From a virus (lineage: Duplodnaviria; Heunggongvirae; Uroviricota; Caudoviricetes), in the IMG/VR virus record IMGVR_UViG_3300027796_000011, positions 41,850-105,849 of that record: 64,000 nt of DNA. One strand, written 5' to 3'. Position 1 is the first letter of the stretch; each line of letters opens with the position of its first letter. The notes beneath the pieces were generated by a model. It was not told the DNA's origin, ran no database searches, and saw only the letters and a program-made list of their open reading frames with translations. Shown piece after piece: positions 38,138 to 47,180 of the stretch. Position numbers and translations under genes: made by a program.

Positions 38138-38821
38138 CTATGCAGCGGCTTCGTCTGCCGTAAAATTACCAGGGATAACCCCGTACCACTTACGGGCTTC
38201 CTCGATGTCATCGACGCTGAAAGCGCGGGACAGGAAGCGGGCCGCAATCTGCTCATCATTGTTGGTCATCTCAAGATACTTGTTAAAAGTCTCAACAATA
38301 GTCTGATACCTGGAAGCCTTACTCTTGCACTCGTAAAAGTCCCCCCACAGCCCGTCCGTTGCCTCCCGCATGGCCTTCACAGCATCCGCGTGTTCCTTAC
38401 GAGACTTTTCGTTCTTATTCTTAATCTCACGATTCTTGTCCAACACGCTCTTCTGATTCATAACTTCAGAGTAATCGCACAGGGTGACTTCTTCGATACT
38501 GTACGAGATGTACGGAGATGCGTACATGTAATCCGACCCGACACTGTACTCATAGTCAGCATGGGAAGGCTTGAGTGACGCAAACACCTGTGCCTCTTCC
38601 ATTGTCTTGAAAACGGCGTTGAACTCCTGATTGCCGTATTCCTTCTGGCCCCGAACTTTGTAGTAAGACTTCCGGGGAAGGTCCACCTCTTCAACCTCTT
38701 GAATGATTGGGACGGTGACTTTGACCACCCCGCGCTCCATCAATTCATAGTCCAGATACTTTTGAAGATCGTCTTCCGTAAGACCCGCCCGCTCCTGTTC
38801 AGTCATGTCCCAATAACGCAT
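38138..38821 (-). CDS. hypothetical protein
   Basis: conserved leader then MRYWDMTEQE; 228 aa. Confidence 0.4.
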   Translation of the reverse strand: MRYWDMTEQERAGLTEDDLQKYLDYELMERGVVKVTVPIIQEVEEVDLPRKSYYKVRGQKEYGNQEFNAVFKTMEEAQVFASLKPSHADYEYSVGSDYMYASPYISYSIEEVTLCDYSEVMNQKSVLDKNREIKNKNEKSRKEHADAVKAMREATDGLWGDFYECKSKASRYQTIVETFNKYLEMTNNDEQIAARFLSRAFSVDDIEEARKWYGVIPGNFTADEAAA

Positions 38822-39940
38822 TTTGATTTCCCTCCCGCTCGATTTGTTAGAAACAGTATGTGCTTTTTCTGGGAAAATGTCAAGCACTTTTTCACATTGA
38901 CTTCACAAATTTGGGTCTACCGACTTGGCTATGCAATAATCCCTAGCAGTTCCGTAAGGATCGTCCTTCCAGGTAGCAGCCATCAGGTTGTAAAGCCTCT
39001 CAACCACTACGAAAACTGCGGGGTGGTCTTCGACTGCGAACGCACCATCATGAGGCCCAAGTTTGAAACACAGTTCCTCTAACATGATAGCCAGAGAAGA
39101 GATGTCATCCTCGCTACTCGCATCCACAACGTCTTGGTAATCTCTTTGATCTAGCATGTAGCCCCTCCCGCCCACTCAACCTTCCCTATGGAAAGGGAAG
39201 GTTCCAGTTGGATGTGCAACATGAAATGCCCGGAACACGCAGCGCACTGCAAAGTTTTCACTACGTTGAGATCGTCCGGGTCCAAAACTACAAGCCTCTC
39301 ACCCTCTGCGGACTCTTCATTAGCAGCATCTACCAACGTAGTAGCACCACAGTTCGGGCATTTCACATTGAATTTCACTGCGTAGCCTTCCCGCTCTCGC
39401 GCTCCATCTTCAGAAGCTCAGGCATGAACGGAGTCTTGTACCAGTATACATCCCCCCGCTCATCTGTGAGCATCGTGGGCACATACTTGTCTTCTCCGTC
39501 CTTGGCAGAAAATTCATCCAGAAGGTTCAGTACAAACAACTCCAGAATCCCTTCAGCGAGTGCTTTGAGTACGTTCAGAATGGGCATGAACTGCCGGGGA
39601 GACTTCGGCAGTTTAGCCATTGCCAGAAGGACACCCCCATACCCAATCAACGCGCTGTGCATCTCAAAGAACTGCTGTTCGTGCTTGTGCGCTTTACGCA
39701 GTTTCGTACACATGTCAGGAAAGATTCCCATCGTAGCCATGAACTCCTCAAATCGGGAGGGCACACTACTAGAGTCCTCAAAAGAAACACCAAGCATCTT
39801 AAACCCTTCCAACATGGTAGACACCAAATCCTCATTGCTCAAAACAACTTTAGAACCAATCATCGTCCCCTCCGTCTCGGTTGTCCATACAGTGTATCAA
39901 GGTTGCTAACACCAGCACGAAACACAGAACTAGTCCCATA

Positions 39941-40609
39941 CTATCCATCACCGTTCCCCACCCCATCAAAGATGACAGGCACTTTTTCCCTAGCCTTTTC
40001 CAACATCATCTGAGCAATGACCCGCATGTTCGGGTGGGCTGCTTTTGCAGTCCGCAGTTCAAAGAAGTTCAACAAAGAACGCGGGTTGACAGTCATTACA
40101 ATCTCCGTAGCCAAAGACATATTCAATACCTGCCTAGCCTGTTCCGGCCTCCACCCCAACTCACGCAGAGCCTTGTAATTCTTCTCCGTCTGGATGCAGT
40201 CTGCAATGAAAACAGCCGTAGCTGTCCAATCATCCATTGTAGGGTACGCATTTGACAACTCTTGGTAGTCCCACTCACCAAGGAAATCAGCATTCATCCA
40301 GGCGGGAAGAAGGAACTCCATGGCATCCTTGTAGTCACAGTAGCGCGAGGACTCCACGGCGAAATTCGCAATGCGATGCCGTGTCATCTCTGCCAGGACA
40401 CCTCTATCCGTCTTGATACGAAACGTCATCACAAAGTGTTCTATCATGGCAGTATGCCCACGATTTATGAGCATCTTGACCATACGTTCCGCCGTCCCCG
40501 GCCCCGCCTTGTCAAAACTCTGGTAACAGGTTCTTGCCACCCCCTCAAGAAACTCCAAGGGATTCTCTGGACACGCAATAAGCTCAACTGTCGGCGCAAT
40601 CAGCCTCAT
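39941..40609 (-). CDS. thyX: flavin-dependent thymidylate synthase
   Basis: ThyX signature RHRX7S (MTRHRIANFAVESSRY); 222 aa. Confidence 0.85.
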   Translation of the reverse strand: MRLIAPTVELIACPENPLEFLEGVARTCYQSFDKAGPGTAERMVKMLINRGHTAMIEHFVMTFRIKTDRGVLAEMTRHRIANFAVESSRYCDYKDAMEFLLPAWMNADFLGEWDYQELSNAYPTMDDWTATAVFIADCIQTEKNYKALRELGWRPEQARQVLNMSLATEIVMTVNPRSLLNFFELRTAKAAHPNMRVIAQMMLEKAREKVPVIFDGVGNGDG

Positions 40610-40865
40610 ACTACTCCCCCTCTTGAGTTAGGGGGACGGAAACACCGTCCCCCCCATCCATGTAGGCATTACAGACCCTCGACACCCAGAGCCTCAAACC
40701 CCCTGCGAACCCTTGCATCAATTACATCCCCTTCAAAAGTAAAAAACAAGAGAACTGTCTTACCAAGCGGAGTGCAGTTGACTTCACTTGTCATCAAATG
40801 TTTTTTCATTTCAGTTAAAACGTCTTCCTGCACACCTTGAGTAGAGGCGGATGTATCTAAAAGCA

Positions 40866-41201
40866 TTAACGATTGTCCCCCGACCCGCCCAACACACCAC
40901 GGTCTTTACGGGAAAAAAGTTTCTCGATATTGGCAACCGCAGCCTCATCCAGCGACTTGTCCAACTCCGATGCTGCATTGGAAAGATACCACAAAACATC
41001 CCCAAGTTCCTGAATCAGAATGTCCCTGTTTTCCTGCGTGATCTCCCCCCTCTGATCCCGCCAAATCTTCTTCACCTTGTTGGCGAACTCCCCGGCCTCC
41101 CCGGCCAACCCCAACGCAACATAGGCAAGCCCTGTGAACTCACCAACCCCACCATAAATGGCCGTGGTCCTAGCCCTCATCTGGTACTCTTCAAAGTCCA
41201 T
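40866..41201 (-). CDS. mazG: MazG-like nucleoside triphosphate pyrophosphohydrolase
   Basis: AAGGAG RBS; ALGLAGEAGEFANKVKK...ELGDVLWYL matches the MazG/NTP-PPase EEXXE/D helix motifs. Confidence 0.75.
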   Translation of the reverse strand: MDFEEYQMRARTTAIYGGVGEFTGLAYVALGLAGEAGEFANKVKKIWRDQRGEITQENRDILIQELGDVLWYLSNAASELDKSLDEAAVANIEKLFSRKDRGVLGGSGDNR

Positions 41202-41829
41202 GCAACACGCTCCTTGTGCTGTTTTTTCAGAATCCAACTTTTATAGCAGAAAGCAACAAAAATGCAAGCCCTTTTCATTTCCTACTGGATACGTTCGCTT
41301 CTGCTAACCTCTTGGAAAACTGTTTCAAATTGGCATCTGTGAGTTCAAAAAAATCTTTTACGCCCTTTCCGTATGACGCGCACACCCCGAATCTGAAAGC
41401 CTCCACCTCTTCAGGTGTTTCAAACTCGTAGGTGTCAATGTGAACTTTAACCTTTTTCAGTTTCTTTGCATCCGTACAATTTACATCAAAATACGTGAGG
41501 ATTGAATCTTCATCAAACAACATGTGGATTTTGTGCATAAATTCCCGCCCAATCTACATAAGGTTTTCTCTTTCGGCCAGCCACCTCGGGATGACCAGCG
41601 TCACATCATCCCCCCGTTCAAGTGTTCCAATGGGCCACCCCCGATCCGTGCCCATGTCCGTAAAAAACCATTCCTTAATGTACCTCCGTGGGAAGAATAT
41701 TTCGCGTTCCGACATATCATCAAACAGACACACGGCTAAGTCTGTGATGGTCAAGACCGTCCCAAATCGCTCTATTGGTTCATTCCTCTCTTCGTGGGTC
41801 ATGTGCCCCTTCCCTCTTTGAAGTTAAGT

Positions 41830-44800
41830 TCAAAAAATCTGGGGTCGGCCTGTTCTGATCCTACGAACTTCTGTCCGTACCTCTTTCGTCTTCAACTGCT
41901 TCCCGCTGTTCACGGCCACTATCACATACGTTCCACCCGCCACGGCGTCTCCTACGTCCTTCCCACCCCCCTGTGGGTGGTCTGCCTTCTGCTTCTTCGG
42001 GTCGTACTTCAACTCTCGCAGTTCCTTCGTTAGTACAGGGTGGTCGGGAAGGATCAACCTGTCGTCACGTAGTCCCTGCTTCACTTCCATCCAGGGAGCC
42101 AAGTTCTTGTCCACAGAGACAATGGAACTCTTGATCTGAAACCCCCGATAATTCCTAAGTCTCCGCATACGTTGAAGCAGTGTGGCACTTTGAAACGTAT
42201 CCGATGTCACATAAATCAACGGAATCCAAGCGGCAATCAATTCAATCAAATCCCCGATCCTGTTAATGTCAATCTCATCGGACATGGGAGGAACGATCTG
42301 CAAGGCTCCATCAACAACAACCAGGGGCTTCTGCCCCGGAGTGGCCTCACGCACCTTCCCGGTTTTCTCATCGTAGTCGTAACTCTTCCCTACGTCCTTC
42401 CAGCCCCCCAAGTGCGTGACTGCCAATCCGGCACAGTCATTTGTCAAAGCCAAGTCCACATGAATCGCGTATTCATTCAAGGAATCAAGATAATCAGAAA
42501 TGTAGGTTTTGTCAAGTAGAAATTCAAGATTTTCAAAAGAATTTAAGTCTACCGAATCATGGGCGAACAGTTGCTTCCCGCTATATGCCTTGTGGTGGGC
42601 TTTAGTGGACCTGACAATAGATTCCCTGTCCTTGATGAACAGATTCACGCCACCCACCGGCACACCGGCTATATCACGGATAGCAGCATCTATATCACTC
42701 TGGAAATCGGGAAGGAAGTCCACAGGTACTTCAAGTACATCCTGAAGTTCTATCGCTTCCTCTTTGGATTGAATGATTCTGGAACGCCTTGTGTCATCCC
42801 CAACTTCAACCAGGAAGGTTTCATCAGAGAAAGTGCCTACCGGCTTGGCTTCCCACTGCGACAACGAGGAAAAGTAAATCGGGCAGGGAACACCCTTCGC
42901 CTTATAGTCATCAACCTCTGCTTTCTTGGTAGACACAAAGTCACCAGGATAGTGGGCCGAAGACATGATACACAACTTACCAGGAACCTTCCCGCGACGA
43001 TTGAAACGCGATTTGATACGTCTAGTGATGGTGCTGTAAAGTTTCTGTGCTTGGTTGTATTCTGCCTCCCCGGTGAACTTGGCCCTGGATGAGTTCTCAA
43101 TGTTCGCCATGAAGTTCACTTCGTCGAGACAATTATGTGCTATAAAAACACCGCTTCGTGCCTTTGCAAAAAACGCATGTGTATTAGGAACATTCTTCAG
43201 GTCATACACGGCACACTTTCTAAAAATAGGTTCAATCCCCATACACAAGACGGGTTGAAACCCTCTGCGAGTGCTTGGAACGTCACTTCTCTGACCTTCT
43301 CTCGAATAAGTTTTCGATACAACGCCCCCAAACCCATCTGCTGAAGAATTGCTTGCGTAACTAACCTGATGTTCTCTGTCTGACGTGCCGCAGTCATCTT
43401 TGTTAAAGTCTTTTCGTCTCGCAACCACAGGTTCCCCTTCACCTCGATAAGACCGAAAGATGTCTCGAAATCTGGTATATATATTTTCTTCTTCCCTTGA
43501 TATAGGTAAGGAAGCCTCTTGGACTCGTATTTGTATGGAATCACCAAGAAATCCAACCAAAAAGCAAACACCAACTCTAGTTTGGAAGCTAGTACCAATA
43601 AGGTGCCATCCGGGCGAAAATACCTCACCATCTTGCCACTGAACCCCGTCGCCAGAACAGCCTCCCTGCCCCGCATACAATGATATTCCATATTTGCTTT
43701 CTGCAATACGGACAACTTTAAGTACCGTTCCTTCGCGGCTAAAGACTTCGCGGCAGCATACTCCTGGTTCTGGTATAACTCTCGTAGTTTTGCAGGTCCG
43801 AGGTGCCGAACCTTCGCTATACCTCCGCGCAGGGCCTCTATAAACGCAGGGGCTTTTCTCTGCTCGTAAACATGCTCCCGTGCTTTTTCCGAACAAACCT
43901 CTGCAATGTCTTGCGCCTTCATTGTCGCTTTTGGAAATAGCTCCCGATACTTCGTAGGAGTCATGTTGTGTTTTTTCAAATGTGTCCCGGTTATCATACG
44001 CATCTCCGCACCGCACACTAGACACGGAACCAACTCCCCAGGAGATTTCCTTTTTCTCTGTGTCTCCATCATCTTCGGAGTACACAGTATCTCCCCTGGA
44101 AACATCTCCCGATACACCCTTCCAGTCATCGAATGTACGTTTTTCAAATGCTGTGTTAGATATGTAACCCGCGCTCCGCATATCTTGCATGTCAACAAAC
44201 TTAAAACACCTTCCTGGCATGTTTGAGGCTGCAATCCACTCACCGGAATCCTCCATAAACTTTTGGTCTTTAGTGCATATAATATGCTCTCCATTATCAA
44301 ACGAGACTTTATACAACTCCTTGTATCCAGTCAGTACGGACTCAACAGGACAATCAGTAGCCCTAATGACGGAACCCTCTACATCATAGGTTAAAACCGG
44401 AGAGCACCCCCCCGCATCCATGCGCACAAACGTACCATCGGAGGCAAGGTATTCTTGTTCTGGAGGAAAACAAGCAGTGAACACGTTCAAGCCCAAAGCG
44501 GACGTATCACCAGAAGCCACAGGCATGATGGTGACATCGCTCGGGAAACGGAGTTCCGTTGTAATGCTTTTGTCATACGGGAAATACTTCTGGAAGTACT
44601 CCCCCCGCCGTAGCATCTGGGAGAACTGATCGAACAGAACCTTTCTAGCAAGCGTCAGGCTCATGGATTGGAAAATCATGAAGATACTTGAGCCAGAAGA
44701 CAACCCGTACTCAAGTTGCGGGGTGTGGTAGCAAGACAGTTTATATAGCTGATACGCAAGAATTAACTGTGCGCGGAAGCTCTTACCAGAACCGATTGAG

Positions 44801-45180
44801 CCACCCAATACAACTTCTCTGATAATCGCTTCGTTTGGACCTTGAAAAATGTCATGCAATTCGGTTAACAGCATGGGCCACACCTGTCCACGAAGACCTA
44901 AAAAGAACGGGTCTTCAATGAACTGCACAATGGGAACAGGCTCCCACCGGAGTCCTGTCTTGGTTGTAAGTATGGAGTAGTCACCTGTCTGGATTGCCTT
45001 CCCGACTGATTGAAAGACCTTGGAGACTTCCTCAAGTTCAAGGAATCCATCCCCATCAGTCATGTAATGCAGCAGGGACTCTACCTCTTTCTCAACCAGG
45101 GGGCGGTGTTCTTTCGGGGTGTCCTCCAGAACCATGTCCATGCCTTCCAGGGCATCTTTTAACTTGATCTGGTCTGACAT
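41830..45180 (-). CDS. terminase large subunit precursor containing an intein
   Basis: Walker A GGSIGSGKS; intein begins CFPPEQEYLASDGTFVRMD (aa 237), block B-like TKDQKFMEDSGEWIAASNM, block F/G AVYDLKNVPNTHAFFAKARSGVFIAHN, +1 Cys directly precedes Walker B LDEVNF. Confidence 0.8.
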   Translation of the reverse strand: MSDQIKLKDALEGMDMVLEDTPKEHRPLVEKEVESLLHYMTDGDGFLELEEVSKVFQSVGKAIQTGDYSILTTKTGLRWEPVPIVQFIEDPFFLGLRGQVWPMLLTELHDIFQGPNEAIIREVVLGGSIGSGKSFRAQLILAYQLYKLSCYHTPQLEYGLSSGSSIFMIFQSMSLTLARKVLFDQFSQMLRRGEYFQKYFPYDKSITTELRFPSDVTIMPVASGDTSALGLNVFTACFPPEQEYLASDGTFVRMDAGGCSPVLTYDVEGSVIRATDCPVESVLTGYKELYKVSFDNGEHIICTKDQKFMEDSGEWIAASNMPGRCFKFVDMQDMRSAGYISNTAFEKRTFDDWKGVSGDVSRGDTVYSEDDGDTEKKEISWGVGSVSSVRCGDAYDNRDTFEKTQHDSYEVSGAISKSDNEGARHCRGLFGKSTGACLRAEKSPCVYRGPARRYSEGSAPRTCKTTRVIPEPGVCCREVFSREGTVLKVVRIAESKYGISLYAGQGGCSGDGVQWQDGEVFSPGWHLIGTSFQTRVGVCFLVGFLGDSIQIRVQEASLPISREEENIYTRFRDIFRSYRGEGEPVVARRKDFNKDDCGTSDREHQVSYASNSSADGFGGVVSKTYSREGQRSDVPSTRRGFQPVLCMGIEPIFRKCAVYDLKNVPNTHAFFAKARSGVFIAHNCLDEVNFMANIENSSRAKFTGEAEYNQAQKLYSTITRRIKSRFNRRGKVPGKLCIMSSAHYPGDFVSTKKAEVDDYKAKGVPCPIYFSSLSQWEAKPVGTFSDETFLVEVGDDTRRSRIIQSKEEAIELQDVLEVPVDFLPDFQSDIDAAIRDIAGVPVGGVNLFIKDRESIVRSTKAHHKAYSGKQLFAHDSVDLNSFENLEFLLDKTYISDYLDSLNEYAIHVDLALTNDCAGLAVTHLGGWKDVGKSYDYDEKTGKVREATPGQKPLVVVDGALQIVPPMSDEIDINRIGDLIELIAAWIPLIYVTSDTFQSATLLQRMRRLRNYRGFQIKSSIVSVDKNLAPWMEVKQGLRDDRLILPDHPVLTKELRELKYDPKKQKADHPQGGGKDVGDAVAGGTYVIVAVNSGKQLKTKEVRTEVRRIRTGRPQIF
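43132..44472 (-). other. intein (447 codons) within the terminase gene
   Basis: Cys1 at aa 237 and terminal HN at aa 682-683 in the terminase frame; the central part is kept stop-free but has odd composition. Confidence 0.7.
43197..44300 (-). CDS. +1-frame ORF nested in the intein: tandem Ros/MucR-type C2H2 zinc fingers + PD-(D/E)xK endonuclease
   Basis: CKICGARVTYLTQHLKNVHSMTGRVYREMFP and CLVCGAEMRMITGTHLKKHNMTPTKYRELFP (C-x2-C...H-x3-H-x-MT...YRE); C-terminal IYIPDFETSFGLIEVKG nuclease motif; the first ~40 codons of this span overlap the intein N-terminal splicing domain and are probably not coding. Confidence 0.55.
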   Translation of the reverse strand: MIMESILYALKTKSLWRIPVSGLQPQTCQEGVLSLLTCKICGARVTYLTQHLKNVHSMTGRVYREMFPGEILCTPKMMETQRKRKSPGELVPCLVCGAEMRMITGTHLKKHNMTPTKYRELFPKATMKAQDIAEVCSEKAREHVYEQRKAPAFIEALRGGIAKVRHLGPAKLRELYQNQEYAAAKSLAAKERYLKLSVLQKANMEYHCMRGREAVLATGFSGKMVRYFRPDGTLLVLASKLELVFAFWLDFLVIPYKYESKRLPYLYQGKKKIYIPDFETSFGLIEVKGNLWLRDEKTLTKMTAARQTENIRLVTQAILQQMGLGALYRKLIREKVREVTFQALAEGFNPSCVWGLNLFLESVPCMT

Positions 45181-46079
45181 TAGGACTCCTCCCCGCCAGG
45201 AAGCACATCAAGCACCAGGGGGCTTGTGGCAGGTTCCCGATCTACAGATTTGGTCTTGAGCCATCCCAACATGCGTTCCATCCCGGCCCCGACAGACTTG
45301 CGGGACTCTTCATCAAAGTTCTGGATGTACTTGTGGTAGGAGTTCCTTACGTTGTCAGCCAACTGTTCCTGCTGCGTCTTCAGAAGGTCAGCAGCAATCT
45401 GGAACTTGCCAAGCGTATCCCAAGTCTTACGAATGGAGTCCGCACAGGAGTCGATATCTTTCTCTGTTACCCCTAAATCCCCATCCATACTGCGCTTGAT
45501 AAGACCCTCAAAACGACGGTACTGCATCTTGATGAGGTTGTGTAACCCCCTGAACAGGTCATCATTGCTGTCATCAGCTAGGACTTGCTCCAGCACCTCG
45601 TCATAGGTGGCCGGTGTCTTTCGATCAAAATAGAGTTTCTTCGGTATGCCTTTTGTCTTTTCGGCTTCAATCTCCTTGGTGACTTCGATGATGACTTCTT
45701 CTGTAGGGAATTGGTACATCTCTTCAATCTCAAGAGAGTTATCACACACTCTTGCAAATCTACGGAGTTGCTTCTCCATCCCGCTACATTTCTCTTTCAG
45801 GTAGGTAATGACTTTAGCTGCGCTGTCCTCCCCCAACTTGGTGGCATTACGCATGGAACGTATGAACGTCACATCGTATTGGGTTGATTGGAGGATCGTG
45901 CCTATCAAGGCCAAAGCATGTCCGTCGATAGACGCCCTCCCGAAAATCTTCCAGCGAACAAGTCTATCTACCCCCTTGGATTGTCCCGCAGTCAATCCTT
46001 CCCTATCCTTACACCGCTCCTTAACCTCTTCCAGCATCTTCAACCGATAGTCGTGGTCTGACTTAGTAACTTCTGACAT
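45180..46079 (-). CDS. putative terminase small subunit / packaging-associated protein
   Basis: 299 aa gene immediately upstream of the large-terminase gene; assignment by position only. Confidence 0.3.
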   Translation of the reverse strand: MSEVTKSDHDYRLKMLEEVKERCKDREGLTAGQSKGVDRLVRWKIFGRASIDGHALALIGTILQSTQYDVTFIRSMRNATKLGEDSAAKVITYLKEKCSGMEKQLRRFARVCDNSLEIEEMYQFPTEEVIIEVTKEIEAEKTKGIPKKLYFDRKTPATYDEVLEQVLADDSNDDLFRGLHNLIKMQYRRFEGLIKRSMDGDLGVTEKDIDSCADSIRKTWDTLGKFQIAADLLKTQQEQLADNVRNSYHKYIQNFDEESRKSVGAGMERMLGWLKTKSVDREPATSPLVLDVLPGGEES

Positions 46080-46175
46080 TCTTGCTCCATAAGAGTTCCC
46101 TCCCCCTCACGCCGTATTGACGCTTGGGGGAGGGTTTCGGGAGGGGAAGGATTTTTGCAGACAACTTCAAAAAAT

Positions 46176-47102
46176 CTACTGGACCTTCCCCAACACTTGG
46201 TTCAAATCAACATCCGCCATAAGACTTTGCGTCAAATCATCCGCCTTCGGAGACTCAAACCCACCCATCAAGGCTTCGGCGGTGGGGGCGGAAGACGACT
46301 GCATCAGTTTGACACCGTAAGTCTTTTCCAGGCGGGCAATCGCCGCATCGAGAGTAACCCCTTCCGGCATGGCCTCCCGCAGTTCCATCCAATCACCCAG
46401 GATGGCCGCAGTGATCTCCTTGTCGGTTTTGAGATGAGGCCAGTTGCTTTTGCCCACTTCCAGGGCGGACTCAAAGGTAGTGGATTCGACACCTTCAAGC
46501 AGCCAGGAAATCTTGTGCTTCTGCTGCGTAGCATCCTTCGGGTCAATCTTCTTCGTCTCCTCCTTCAACTTGTCCTGAAGGGCCGGGACGGTCACTTCCT
46601 GCGCGAGGTCCAGAAGTTCCTCGATACGCCCCTTGATCTCTTCCTTTTTCTGGGAGATTTCCTCCACAGACATATCATTCTCGTCGAGCTTACGGGTAGC
46701 CTGCTCCCCGGCCCGCGCAATCGCCGCAGCCTTCGTCCACCCAATGGCCTGGACCCTCTCCTGGTCCAGTTTGTAGGTACGCACCATCTTGGCGACACTC
46801 ACCAGTTCGTAGGCAATCCGCGAGGACATATCCAGTTCGCCCTCAACGTATTCCTCAAAGTTCTTGTATCCCCAGGATTCATAGTATGCCTTCCGATCCC
46901 CAGACAACTTGCCAGACTCGTTCACTTCCAGAAGATCACGGGACAGGCTGAAGAACGCATCCTTGACGGCCTTACCGGCATTGCGAATCCGCAGACGGAC
47001 TTCAGCCATGTGACGTTCGGGAAGGGGAAGACTACTGAAATCATCCTCTGCCATCATAACTTCCGGCGTAATCACCTTGACCAACTCTTTAACTTCAGAC
47101 AT
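46176..47102 (-). CDS. hypothetical protein
   Basis: GGAGGGAG RBS before MSEVKELVK; 309 aa. Confidence 0.4.
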   Translation of the reverse strand: MSEVKELVKVITPEVMMAEDDFSSLPLPERHMAEVRLRIRNAGKAVKDAFFSLSRDLLEVNESGKLSGDRKAYYESWGYKNFEEYVEGELDMSSRIAYELVSVAKMVRTYKLDQERVQAIGWTKAAAIARAGEQATRKLDENDMSVEEISQKKEEIKGRIEELLDLAQEVTVPALQDKLKEETKKIDPKDATQQKHKISWLLEGVESTTFESALEVGKSNWPHLKTDKEITAAILGDWMELREAMPEGVTLDAAIARLEKTYGVKLMQSSSAPTAEALMGGFESPKADDLTQSLMADVDLNQVLGKVQ

Positions 47103-47180
47103 TTTTTCTCCCTCCAGAGTGTTGATGCACCTAATATACATCATTTTTGAGTTTTGTCAAGAGAAAACCTTGTTTTTCTC

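Noticed and set aside
43300-44100. Treating the terminase-frame translation of the intein centre as a genuine domain
   Set aside because: R/S/G-rich composition, rare ATA/TTA/CGA codons and an internal repeat merely mirror the +1-frame zinc-finger repeat. That frame is kept open but probably not selected for amino-acid sequence.
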